Shown here: piece by piece, positions 9,249 to 18,298 of the stretch | Numbering within the stretch: position 1 is the stretch's first letter | How the letters are laid out: the number at the start of each line of letters is the position of its first letter | Source: a virus | Taxonomy: Duplodnaviria > Heunggongvirae > Uroviricota > Caudoviricetes > Ackermannviridae | Reading direction: 5' to 3' (one strand) | DNA length: 63,904 nt | Virus record (IMG/VR): IMGVR_UViG_2974516482_000001 | Span: 95,225-159,128 of that record | Notes under the pieces: generated by a model | Told to the model about the DNA's origin: nothing | Database searches by the model: none | The model's input: the letters and a program-made list of their open reading frames with translations, nothing else | Translations under genes and position numbers: made by a program

Positions 9249-10318
9249 TGGCTCGCATGCTCAAGACAGCAAAGAAACTGGACCCGAATGCCGAAGTGCT
9301 GTCAAAGACCGATGCGCTGAAGCCTGACATTATTTGCAGTACGGGTATTCCTATTCTGAATTTGGCCTGGTCCGGTCGTATTGATGGTGGTCTGATATCA
9401 GGCATCAAACAGTTGGTGGGGGATTCTCGTACATTCAAAACCATGTTTGGGTTGGTGGATGTTAAGGCTTACATGGATAAGTTTCCTGACGCAATTTGTA
9501 TTTTCGCGGATTCAGAAGGCGGTGCGAATGAAAACTACTGGACATCTATGGGTATTGACATGGACCGTGTCTTGTATCTGCCGATTGAAAACGTTGAAAA
9601 GACGAAGATCAAGCTGACACAGCTTCTGAATGATGCTCAGAAAGGTGACAAGATCATCGTATTCATTGACTCAATCAGCCAGTTGCCGTCTACCAAAGAA
9701 GTTGATGATGCCATCGCGGGCAAAGACACACAAGATATGACCCGCGCTCGCGCTCTCAATAGTTTTTGGCGTGTTATCACTCCGTTGGTCACTGAAAAGA
9801 AATTCGTTTTGGTATGGATCAACTCGTACTATGATGAAATCGGGAACCAATACGCCGAGCCGAACATCAAAGGCGGTAAACAGGGGTTCCTGTCTTCTAA
9901 CCAATTGTGGTTCATCACGCGTTCTCAAGTAAAAGAAGACAAAGACCTTTTGGGATGGCAGTTTACAGTCAACATCATGAAAGGTCGCTTTGTCCGTGAA
10001 AAATCCAAGTTCCCTGTCACTGTGTTGTATGAAGGCGGTATTGACCGTTGGTCCGGTATGTTAGAAATTGCGCGCATGCTGGGGTATGTGGATTTGGTGA
10101 GTGGTTCTTGGTATCAACGTACTGCCAAAGGCGGGTTTGATCCAGAAAAAGAAAAGAAATATCGTAAGGCAGAGCTGGGGGATGACTTCTGGTATCCGTT
10201 GCTGGAAAACCCAGACTTTGTTGACGATGTGAACAACATGTTCGGTATCTCTCAGAGTTCGGTTATGCCTGCAGATATGCTGGAGCGCCTCGATAATGTC
10301 ATCAAAACAACCGAGTAA
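9233..10318 (+). CDS. uvsX: RecA-like recombinase UvsX
   Basis: STGIPILNLAWSG, GDSRTFKT, DSE and IDSISQLPS...DMTRARALNS motifs. Confidence 0.95.
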   Translation: MADSLMARMLKTAKKLDPNAEVLSKTDALKPDIICSTGIPILNLAWSGRIDGGLISGIKQLVGDSRTFKTMFGLVDVKAYMDKFPDAICIFADSEGGANENYWTSMGIDMDRVLYLPIENVEKTKIKLTQLLNDAQKGDKIIVFIDSISQLPSTKEVDDAIAGKDTQDMTRARALNSFWRVITPLVTEKKFVLVWINSYYDEIGNQYAEPNIKGGKQGFLSSNQLWFITRSQVKEDKDLLGWQFTVNIMKGRFVREKSKFPVTVLYEGGIDRWSGMLEIARMLGYVDLVSGSWYQRTAKGGFDPEKEKKYRKAELGDDFWYPLLENPDFVDDVNNMFGISQSSVMPADMLERLDNVIKTTE

Positions 10319-10625
10319 TATTGCAGGGGGAGGAGACTCCCCCGTTAATTACAAAATCATCGACCCTGGTTCTGATCAGTTAGCTATTATCGAAATAACG
10401 GACGGCAAGTTCCGCGGTGTTCAATTTCGTATAGGAAAAGTGGGTGTCCATCTAGACAATGGAGAGCCTCGGTTATCCTTTACAACAGATATATTGAAGA
10501 AACCATGGCGTTTGTTATTTGTTAATTTGAAAGAAAATGACTTGTTCACTGTGGTGTCTGGGGATATCTTAGTTGATCTGATACAGCAAAATGCTCAGGA
10601 TTACAACAAAATTTTGGTGGGGTAA
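10296..10625 (+). CDS. Conserved hypothetical protein between uvsX and 41
   Basis: ORF track and synteny. Confidence 0.7.
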   Translation: MSSKQPSNIAGGGDSPVNYKIIDPGSDQLAIIEITDGKFRGVQFRIGKVGVHLDNGEPRLSFTTDILKKPWRLLFVNLKENDLFTVVSGDILVDLIQQNAQDYNKILVG

Positions 10626-10632
10626 GTTACCA

Positions 10633-12057
10633 ATGTTACTCGAATCTGTCGTGCTTTCCCAATTAATCTATAACGAAGAATATCAAAGAAAGATCCAGCC
10701 GTATTTGAAAGCCGATTATTTCGATAACGAAGGCGAGAAGATTATATTTGGTCTTATAGACCATTACACTTGCGAATATAATGCTCGTCCTTCGGTTGAA
10801 GCGCTGTCTATTATGCTGGAAAAGACTTCGCTCAACGAACACGTATTTGATCAGGCCATTTCTGCTCTTGAAAATATTAATGACAATACTTTTCATCAGG
10901 ACTGGTTAGTAAAAGAAACAGAAAGTTGGGCGCGTCAGAAAGCTGTTCATAACGCAATTAGACAAGCCGTTAACATATACGGCGATGAGAAACGCAAAGA
11001 TGAGATGAACAACATCCCTACTTTGTTGCAAGAAGCCCTGGCGATTCAGTTTGATTCATATCTCGGTCACATCTATTGGGAAATGGCTGAGCAACAATAC
11101 GACCACATGAACTCTAATGAAGCGAAGATCCCTTTCGCCGTAGAGATATTCAACAAAGCAACTCGTGGTGGTGTTGGCAAGAAGACATTGAACATCGTTA
11201 CAGGCGCAATCAACGCAGGTAAGACAACAACTCTGATTGATTTGGCTGCTGGTTATGCCGAGCAGGGGTTGAATGTGTTCGTATTTACCCTCGAAGTGGC
11301 CGAGAACGTCTGGCGACACCGCCTTGATGCCCGTATGATGCGCAGGGACTTCGAGTCCTTAGAGAAGCTCTCACGGCACGAGTATATTGCCACCATACAA
11401 AAACTGAGAACCCGTCAAGACGGTTCCATGAAGGGTGATATTGTTATCAAGGAATATCCTTCGGGCGCGGGGCATACAGGTTTGTATCGTCGTGATATTC
11501 TTGATTATGCGACTGCAACAGGAATTACACCCGATGTCATCATTATTGACTACTTGGGGGAATCTGCATCTTCTCGCCTTCCCGCTCACTTGATGCAAAA
11601 CACCAACGTGTATTATACATCCGTGGCGCGAGAATTCCGTGCGCTTGGATTTGAATTTGATTGCCCTGTATGGACAGGTATGCAGTTTAACCGTGAAAAG
11701 CAATCAGCAACTGATGGTGATATCAGTGACCTGGCAGATGCTATCGGTATTCCGAAGGTTGCAGACTTCATCATGGCGTTCTATGCCCCTGATGAACTGG
11801 CGGCTGTTAAGAAAGCCAGAGCATCAATCTTGAAAAATCGTTATGCCAACAAGCAGAAACTCAAATCATTCTTGTTTGGTATGGACCAAGATAAACAGAT
11901 CTTGTTCGACTTGGACTGGAATGAAGTCAAACGAGACCTGACTGATGAAGAAGCCCGTTATGTTGAGAACGTGCATATCAAGCATGACTTGAATAAAACG
12001 GGGGACTCAAATGATGTTAAAAAAGCCGAGACCGTCAATAGTTGGAATTTCGGTTAA
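10633..12057 (+). CDS. 41: Replicative DNA helicase gp41
   Basis: Walker A GAINAGKT, IVIKEYP, IIIDY and SDLADAIGIPKVADF motifs. Start refined to MLLES. Confidence 0.95.
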   Translation: MLLESVVLSQLIYNEEYQRKIQPYLKADYFDNEGEKIIFGLIDHYTCEYNARPSVEALSIMLEKTSLNEHVFDQAISALENINDNTFHQDWLVKETESWARQKAVHNAIRQAVNIYGDEKRKDEMNNIPTLLQEALAIQFDSYLGHIYWEMAEQQYDHMNSNEAKIPFAVEIFNKATRGGVGKKTLNIVTGAINAGKTTTLIDLAAGYAEQGLNVFVFTLEVAENVWRHRLDARMMRRDFESLEKLSRHEYIATIQKLRTRQDGSMKGDIVIKEYPSGAGHTGLYRRDILDYATATGITPDVIIIDYLGESASSRLPAHLMQNTNVYYTSVAREFRALGFEFDCPVWTGMQFNREKQSATDGDISDLADAIGIPKVADFIMAFYAPDELAAVKKARASILKNRYANKQKLKSFLFGMDQDKQILFDLDWNEVKRDLTDEEARYVENVHIKHDLNKTGDSNDVKKAETVNSWNFG

Positions 12058-12058
12058 C

Positions 12059-12094
12059 TTCAATAATGGTGGTCATAGGGTATAATCTCTATGA
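12059..12094 (+). promoter_or_regulatory. TTCAAT-N16-TATAAT promoter with the -10 box in a hairpin loop
   Basis: tcataggg-TATAAT-ctctatga. Confidence 0.65.
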
Positions 12095-12120
12095 TCTGAA
12101 TATTAACCCAGGAGCACATC

Positions 12121-12453
12121 ATGTCGGATGTTGCATTTATAGCTGACCTGATTCGGGCGGCACAACAGGTGTGCCAGTCTGGAGAAACCAGTCTCAAACT
12201 CACTACAGAGCAGACTCTAGAATTTTATAAGAATCGTCGGCATTGGGGTAAGAATGTCAAGATACATTGCGAACCAGGTGAATTGGTTCAGCTTGATCTT
12301 CCGTCTTTTCCATTGCCAGTACAGACCAACACTCAGGAATATTACAATGTTGAAGGCGTTGATATTATTCCTAAGTTTGGTTTTCACAGTATCGTTTATT
12401 TCTTCCTGCGCCGTTTGGGAACCAGTATCGGTCCACTCGGTTCTCGTCATTAA
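12121..12453 (+). CDS. Hypothetical protein (110 aa)
   Basis: ORF with GGAG RBS. Confidence 0.75.
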   Translation: MSDVAFIADLIRAAQQVCQSGETSLKLTTEQTLEFYKNRRHWGKNVKIHCEPGELVQLDLPSFPLPVQTNTQEYYNVEGVDIIPKFGFHSIVYFFLRRLGTSIGPLGSRH

Positions 12454-12465
12454 TGAGGATATATT

Positions 12466-12762
12466 ATGTCAGTTGAACAAATTGGTTTTTATCAACTCCC
12501 TTCTGATCCAAAACTGCGTCAAAAGATGATGCAGACTTTAGAAAATTGTCGCGCCGCCCAGATCCGTATCAAGTCTGAACAGACCTTTGTTACCGAAGCC
12601 CTGGCTGAATTGGCAAAAGAAACAGGCATCAAAGCCGTTGATCTGCGCAAAGTCGTTACTGACCGCGCGGCAGGAACTTTTTCTAAAACTATCGAGACCA
12701 GTGAAAAATATCAAGATTTGTATTCTTCGCTGTTTCCGAATGACGTTCCTTCAAAACCTTAA
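12466..12762 (+). CDS. dsbA: DsbA-like double-stranded DNA-binding protein
   Basis: Size and helical pattern (I...Q..I...L..LAKETGI....LRK......F......Y..L) resemble T4 DsbA. Confidence 0.6.
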   Translation: MSVEQIGFYQLPSDPKLRQKMMQTLENCRAAQIRIKSEQTFVTEALAELAKETGIKAVDLRKVVTDRAAGTFSKTIETSEKYQDLYSSLFPNDVPSKP

Positions 12763-12768
12763 TACGAG

Positions 12769-12789
12769 GACCCCCGAAAGGGGGTTTCT
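12769..12789 (+). terminator. Intrinsic terminator
   Basis: acccc-cgaaag-ggggt-ttctt. Confidence 0.7.
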
Positions 12790-12790
12790 T

Positions 12791-13165
12791 ATGGATCACA
12801 ATAAAATTTACAATTTAATCATCGCTAATGCTAAAGGCAGACCCAAGGCCGTTGGTCTGGAAACACACCACATAATTCCTCGGTGTGTCGGTGGGACAAA
12901 CGATGAGTCCAATCTTGTAAACTTGACCAGGAGAGAGCATTTTGTTTGCCATAGATTACTGGCAAGAAACGGCGGGAAACTGGAACTGAGTTTTAGAATG
13001 ATTCGCAATAGGACGCGATCAGGTAACAAGGGCAAAACTGAGGAAATTATGATTCTTTTACAATTTGTTTTGAAAGCATTTGCATTCGGTCTTATCGCAT
13101 GCGGAGTGATCACAGCTATGCTGTTAATCATAGCCCTGATCATCCCCTTTAAGAGGAAACGCTGA
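12791..13165 (+). pseudogene. Truncated HNH endonuclease remnant in frame with a small membrane ORF
   Basis: ETHHIIPRCVGGTNDESNLVNLTRREHFVCHRLL HNH core with no DNA-binding extension; it runs into an ATG at 13049 that has its own GAGG RBS. Confidence 0.65.
13049..13165 (+). CDS. Small membrane protein (38 aa)
   Basis: MILLQFVLKAFAFGLIACGVITAMLLIIALIIPFKRKR; GAGGA RBS. Confidence 0.65.
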   Translation: MILLQFVLKAFAFGLIACGVITAMLLIIALIIPFKRKR

Positions 13166-13374
13166 TGGAATGTTCATGCGGAGGGCAAGGCACAAGTGCA
13201 TACTTGCCATTTAACACCGTCAAGGAAGCCGAAGACGCTGGATATGCCGTGGACAAGGCTCCCTGTGTAATTGCCACCAAGGATTGTCCGTGCTGTAAGA
13301 GGCACTCTCAGAACGTTTGGTATGCCCCAGAAGCAAAGGGCAAAATTAATTTATTGAATATGATGAGGAAGTAA
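13165..13374 (+). CDS. Hypothetical Cys-rich protein (69 aa)
   Basis: CSC and CPCC motifs; coupled start. Confidence 0.65.
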   Translation: MECSCGGQGTSAYLPFNTVKEAEDAGYAVDKAPCVIATKDCPCCKRHSQNVWYAPEAKGKINLLNMMRK

Positions 13375-13375
13375 T

Positions 13376-13714
13376 ATGACCACACTCGTAGAAACATTAT
13401 TCCCAGGATGCGCCCTTGGGCGCGGTGGTAGCGAAGCCAACGGGCTGGCAATTGACGCCGAACCCCAGAACTGCGTTGTTATCGACAAATTCCATGACAA
13501 TCATTATGCTCTGAATGATCGTCGCGATCATTATTTGGTTTCTGTGGGAGAATCTTTGGTTCACCTTCGAATCTGTTCTGCTTTACCAGGATATGGGTAT
13601 GACGCATTTGCTTATATCCATGATGTTTCCAACGGCGAGATGGGGAAAGAATCCCTGATTGAAAAATTCAAGAGTTGGAAGGAGTCCTTCACCTCTGTCA
13701 AGGAAAGGAGTTAG
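13376..13714 (+). CDS. Hypothetical protein (112 aa)
   Basis: ORF with GAGG RBS. Confidence 0.75.
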   Translation: MTTLVETLFPGCALGRGGSEANGLAIDAEPQNCVVIDKFHDNHYALNDRRDHYLVSVGESLVHLRICSALPGYGYDAFAYIHDVSNGEMGKESLIEKFKSWKESFTSVKERS

Positions 13715-13719
13715 AATAA

Positions 13720-13769
13720 TTCTATTGAAGTCTCTGGGGTTATAATAACAAGACGAATAACCCTGGAGA
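13720..13769 (+). promoter_or_regulatory. TTCTAT-N15-TATAAT promoter within an inverted repeat covering the ligase RBS
   Basis: tctctggggttat ... ataaccctggaga. Confidence 0.6.
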
Positions 13770-13775
13770 CACACG

Positions 13776-15200
13776 ATGCTTCCTCTTTTAGAAATAATTC
13801 AAAATCTTCGCGATACCAAAGGCACCAACGCCAAGAAAGCTGTGCTGACCGAGGCGTTCAGAAACAACCCAGAATTGGTTGATTTCCTTCAATACGTCTA
13901 CGACCCGATGCGTTCTTATTACCGCACTCAATTCAATCTAAACGCATTCCCTCGCATGCTTTCGCGCGGCGTTGTTGGTAGCTGGGATCAGGTTTATGAC
14001 GTTCTCGATATGATGGCCGAACGCAAGATCGGTGGGATGAAGGCAGATCAAGAACTTGCGAAGGCCGCGACCAACATCCATCCGGATTACCATACCCTGA
14101 TACAAATTATACTCGACAGAGACATCAAAGCGGGAATTGCCGAGAAAGGTATAAACGCAGCATTCAATGCGGTAGGTGGTACAGGGCGTCTGATTAATAT
14201 CCTTCCATATCACCGTTATGATAACATGACGATTGACTTGCTGAAGAAGATGGACTTTAAGCGTGGCGTCTTCAGCCAGCTGAAGTCAGATGGCATGTTC
14301 GCCAACATCATCTGTCGTTATGAAAGAGACCCAGAGATTCGTTCTCGTTCCGGTTCTCTTATTGCAGGAGGTTCTGTCGATAACCTGTCATTAGTTTTCA
14401 AAGACCTGATCTACGATGCGGGGATTGGTGAAAGCGTCTTCCATGGTGAACTGCTCGTCATTGATCTGAAAACGAATACAGTGTTGCCTCGGGCCATCGG
14501 CAATGGTAAGCTCAACAGTGTTATCCAAACGGGTGAACCCCTGGAAGATCGTTACAAGGTGATCTATCGGGTATGGGACGTCGTGCCGTATGATAATTGG
14601 TTCAATGCTCAGCGTGTGGACACCCCATATGAGCGCCGTTTTGATATCATACAACAGTTGTTCGAAGGGGATGACGGCCTGGTTCAGGTTCAAGAAACCC
14701 GTGTTGTTCATTCATTTGAAGAGGCGGTCGAACACTTCAAAGACGCTTTGGCTCGTCGGGAAGAAGGCACGATTTGTAAGGCCGCAGATATGCCTTGGGA
14801 AGATGGAACATCATCTGAAGGGTTAAAGCTGAAAATGGAAGTAGAATGTGACCTTGAAATCGTTGGCTTCAATGAGGCCGACAAGAAAGGGAAACACGCC
14901 AAGACATTTGGTTCCCTCCTCTGCAAGACATCCGACGGCCTATTAGTCGTTGGTGTCTCGGGGATCTCGGATGAGTTGAGACTACGAATGTGGGAAAACC
15001 AAGAGGACTTCATTGGTAAGATTGCCGCCGTGCTCTCTAATGGCGTACAGGATAAAACCGATGACGCCATGAAGTCTCTATTCCTTCCACGTCTCGTTGA
15101 AGTACGCACAGACAAGAAAGTCGCTAATACACTGGCTGAAGTCTATGCTATCCAGAAAGCATATATCGAAAATATTTTGGTGTTGTTGGAAGCAGCATGA
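13776..15200 (+). CDS. 30: ATP-dependent DNA ligase gp30
   Basis: Motif I QLKSDG, FHGEL, VWDVV, EEGTICK and LFLPR. Confidence 0.95.
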   Translation: MLPLLEIIQNLRDTKGTNAKKAVLTEAFRNNPELVDFLQYVYDPMRSYYRTQFNLNAFPRMLSRGVVGSWDQVYDVLDMMAERKIGGMKADQELAKAATNIHPDYHTLIQIILDRDIKAGIAEKGINAAFNAVGGTGRLINILPYHRYDNMTIDLLKKMDFKRGVFSQLKSDGMFANIICRYERDPEIRSRSGSLIAGGSVDNLSLVFKDLIYDAGIGESVFHGELLVIDLKTNTVLPRAIGNGKLNSVIQTGEPLEDRYKVIYRVWDVVPYDNWFNAQRVDTPYERRFDIIQQLFEGDDGLVQVQETRVVHSFEEAVEHFKDALARREEGTICKAADMPWEDGTSSEGLKLKMEVECDLEIVGFNEADKKGKHAKTFGSLLCKTSDGLLVVGVSGISDELRLRMWENQEDFIGKIAAVLSNGVQDKTDDAMKSLFLPRLVEVRTDKKVANTLAEVYAIQKAYIENILVLLEAA

Positions 15201-15205
15201 AAATT

Positions 15206-15223
15206 GGGGTTCTTCGGAACCCC
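15206..15223 (+). terminator. Terminator-like hairpin
   Basis: ggggttc-ttcg-gaacccc. Confidence 0.65.
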
Positions 15224-15224
15224 A

Positions 15225-15250
15225 TTCAATAAAGACAGTAGCAGTATAAT
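15225..15250 (+). promoter_or_regulatory. TTCAAT-N14-TATAAT promoter
   Basis: Exact consensus. Confidence 0.75.
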
Positions 15251-15277
15251 TCCAAGAAATCATTACCAGGTGTTATT

Positions 15278-15541
15278 ATGAAACTTATTGATAAGAAACC
15301 AAGGAAAGACAATGATTCTCTTAATCTCATAAACATTATGAGGGAATTGGGAGTTTCTGAATTACAGATGATGAAGATGATGAATTGTTCTGATGTCGTT
15401 TATAATTGGACCAACGGCTATCGTCTTATCCCAAAATCATTCCGTCGTTTTATTTTGGCGTTGGTGTTTATTCATCGCCAAGGAAAAACAGAAGAGTTTC
15501 AACGTTTCGTTAAATCAGAGGAGAGATCACGTGGTTGGTAA
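15278..15541 (+). CDS. Hypothetical protein, possible HTH
   Basis: IMRELGVSELQMMKMMNCSDVVYNW resembles an HTH pattern. Confidence 0.65.
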   Translation: MKLIDKKPRKDNDSLNLINIMRELGVSELQMMKMMNCSDVVYNWTNGYRLIPKSFRRFILALVFIHRQGKTEEFQRFVKSEERSRGW

Positions 15542-15695
15542 AAATCCGCCGTCATATGCCAAGATTGGAATTGCTTTTCGAAACGCCATTCTCTTTATAA
15601 AGGAGAAAGGCTTGGTGACGGAGTTCAATCAGTTCTGTTCTGAACGCCGCAGATTACAGAAACAGAAAAGCAGGGAGAAACGCCATGATAACTGA
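15531..15695 (+). CDS. Small basic hypothetical protein (54 aa)
   Basis: GTG start after GAGGAG, within the ORF-track frame 15393..15695. Confidence 0.55.
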   Translation: MVGKNPPSYAKIGIAFRNAILFIKEKGLVTEFNQFCSERRRLQKQKSREKRHDN

Positions 15696-16347
15696 GTGGG
15701 AGAAAATGCAATACGAACGTGCATTTAACGTTTATTGCATATATATGGCGATCAAGTTGCATTTCACCACCAAAGATTTTGATTATGGCCTGTATGGGCC
15801 GATGAACAATTACAAGTTTGAAACGTTCTATTCTAAACAGGGTGTGGCCAAACAATTTGCCAAACTTGCTCGTCGGTTTGAATCTTCCCAGGGTGAAGTT
15901 GTGGAAAATTATATCATCGCCAACTTTGTTAAATCACCAAAAACATGGGTGACAACATTACTCACCCGTCAGGCTCAAGAAAATTATAATGAATATCGCC
16001 GCCTGTATGACAACTTCTCATATAATTTTCTTGAACATTTTGAGAGATATATGATCCCTGAGATAAAAGAAAGAGGCGTGAATTTTATCCAATATATCAA
16101 AGGAAATGGTAATGGGCATCCACCTTTACTGACAGATATTATTGTTAAACGCTATCCAATTTGGTTTCTAGTTGGATTGAATAAAGTAGTGGGGTTCATC
16201 CATTTATATGATACAATACTCAAGGATGACATCTATTGGAACTCTGAGTCCTTTTTATTAAAGAAAACCAATTCAGTTGTTCCTGATGAAAACACAGAAT
16301 ACACAAAAGGAAAACTCCGTGAGCTAATCCTTGCCCACGGAATTTGA
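15685..16347 (+). CDS. 59: Helicase loader gp59
   Basis: AFNVYCIYMAIKLHFTTKDFDY N-terminal motif. Confidence 0.9.
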   Translation: MITEWEKMQYERAFNVYCIYMAIKLHFTTKDFDYGLYGPMNNYKFETFYSKQGVAKQFAKLARRFESSQGEVVENYIIANFVKSPKTWVTTLLTRQAQENYNEYRRLYDNFSYNFLEHFERYMIPEIKERGVNFIQYIKGNGNGHPPLLTDIIVKRYPIWFLVGLNKVVGFIHLYDTILKDDIYWNSESFLLKKTNSVVPDENTEYTKGKLRELILAHGI

Positions 16348-18288
16348 TTACCAATCCCAGAGAATGCGCCCTGTATCAGTACGGTTGGACGGCTCCAACT
16401 GTGAACTATTGAAGTTGTTCGTCGTACTGACTTTCTTCGAGTTGTCCACATTTTGTTGTACTGGAACCACAACACTGGCTGGCGGGTTAGCATAGGCGGA
16501 TTTAACTTCTTCGATGTTATTGGCTGCTCTTCCTTGAACCGGATAAGCCCCGCCCAGAGTACCTCCCCCAATCCCTGCGTATGCGTCTTTCAATTGTGAA
16601 GTTCTATCCGTAACGTTGACAGCGTCTGAGGGCACCCCAGAAGGCATTGGAGTTAACGTGCTGATATTGGCATTGGGTTGTGCTGGTGATTGGCTGCTTG
16701 GCGGCGTAGACGCATTCTCAGGAGCCTTATCGTCTTGGCTGATTAGCATAGACTGTCTTGCTTCCGCCATTTTGTTCCTGGCTGCTTCACCACCCAGAGC
16801 ATCAGGTATGATACTCACGAATTTATCCACGATATCAAACATGGCATTGGTTATGGCATTCAACATATTAAAGAATGGTTTCTTCACGTTTTCCGCAAAT
16901 CCTTTCTTCATATCTTCAACGACTTTATTTGCAGCCGCCATGCCATCATCAATCAATCCCGATATCCCGCCCGTTACCCAATCAACCAATTTTATCAATT
17001 GGCCTTGTAAGTTGTCTGCAAGTTTACCAGGGATTTCGGTCAGTGATGTACTCTTCCCGATACCCGCAAACAAATCGTTGGTGACCCAATCAACAATCGA
17101 GTTCAACCAACGCACGGGCGCTTCGGTCATTTTCAGCACTTGTTCACGGAACGCCTTTCCAAACCCAGCATTGTTCCATCCGAATATTTCAGCAACCCAA
17201 TCAGCGAGATCCCCGAAACTACCGACCAGCTCTGTTATCCCTGCCTGAACCCGATCAACGATCGATACTTGCGCTTTACCAAGGATTTCTTTAGCATTAA
17301 AGAAACCTTTACCGAATTCAAATACAGATGTTATTAACGCCAGAGGTCCAACTCGAAGCATCTTGGTCGCTGCTTTCAAAGGCTTCAATAGACCGCCGAT
17401 CCCAGCACCAAACCCCATGAATAATTTGATGAAGCCGCCAATCAGTTTTAATGGGGACGTCAGGAGTTTTAACGCACCCAATCCAAGGAGTGCCCCCAGC
17501 GCCGCGCCTAACCCAGAAGATTGTCCATCCTGTTTCGGTTCCGTTGGAGGGATAGAATGGGCTTGAGGATTATCCTTGTTCTCTTTACCTTCTTCGCCGC
17601 GACGGAATTTCTCTTCTTCTCTATATTTTTGATCACTTTCATAGATACGTGTCAGAGTATCATTAAGATCTTCGTTCATGTATCCTAATTTGTCATCAAT
17701 GCTGTCGAGGCGGGTAACAGTTTCGTTACTGGCATCTTTATTGAAGTCTAGCGTGTCCTTATGCGTTTGAAGCATTATGTCAGTCAGGTTTACGATCTCC
17801 CCTCCGACCAACGCCAGCTTATCCTTTAATCCATCAAGACGTTCTAGACTATCTTCATTCGCTGCTCCTAATTGATCCGATATCATGTCAAGATATTCAA
17901 CAGACATATCATCAACAGGACCATTCGCCGCTTCGCCAAATTTTTCTATTTTGGTTGCGATTCGCATCAGTTCTTCATTTCCGTCCTTGGAAAGGCTGAC
18001 GGTGTCTTTCATCCAAGTGCTGTAATCCCTTGTGAAAATAGGACTGACGCGGACAAACCCACCAACAATATCATTCACCGATGGGAATTTAATTGGCGGG
18101 ACTTTCTGCTCCTGATTAGACGCCTGGCGTGTCTTCAGAGATTGCAGTTGTTTGTTGACATCTGCGAGCTGTTTATTCGTCTCGGATTGGGCGCGCAATT
18201 GCTTGCGCTCCATCATTTCTTTTTTGATTTTATCCAAAACCTTGACGATGTCTTGCTGCCCTGGTGTCGGTTGATTGTTATCTGCCAT
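16348..18288 (-). CDS. Tape measure / baseplate hub protein (gp29-like)
   Basis: 646 aa, coiled-coil with a Gly/Ala hydrophobic middle; downstream of the gp27-like gene. Confidence 0.65.
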   Translation of the reverse strand: MADNNQPTPGQQDIVKVLDKIKKEMMERKQLRAQSETNKQLADVNKQLQSLKTRQASNQEQKVPPIKFPSVNDIVGGFVRVSPIFTRDYSTWMKDTVSLSKDGNEELMRIATKIEKFGEAANGPVDDMSVEYLDMISDQLGAANEDSLERLDGLKDKLALVGGEIVNLTDIMLQTHKDTLDFNKDASNETVTRLDSIDDKLGYMNEDLNDTLTRIYESDQKYREEEKFRRGEEGKENKDNPQAHSIPPTEPKQDGQSSGLGAALGALLGLGALKLLTSPLKLIGGFIKLFMGFGAGIGGLLKPLKAATKMLRVGPLALITSVFEFGKGFFNAKEILGKAQVSIVDRVQAGITELVGSFGDLADWVAEIFGWNNAGFGKAFREQVLKMTEAPVRWLNSIVDWVTNDLFAGIGKSTSLTEIPGKLADNLQGQLIKLVDWVTGGISGLIDDGMAAANKVVEDMKKGFAENVKKPFFNMLNAITNAMFDIVDKFVSIIPDALGGEAARNKMAEARQSMLISQDDKAPENASTPPSSQSPAQPNANISTLTPMPSGVPSDAVNVTDRTSQLKDAYAGIGGGTLGGAYPVQGRAANNIEEVKSAYANPPASVVVPVQQNVDNSKKVSTTNNFNSSQLEPSNRTDTGRILWDW

Positions 18289-18298
18289 TTGTCACCTC

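Noticed and set aside
10326-10343. GC hairpin with a GAGA loop after uvsX as a terminator
   Set aside because: It has no U-tract and lies inside the next ORF of a tightly coupled operon; function is unsupported.
16616-17248. Long antisense ORFs (here and e.g. 1349..1831, 32219..32821, 43803..44429, 48096..48614)
   Set aside because: These are shadow frames opposite well-supported genes, without RBS or recognisable motifs.
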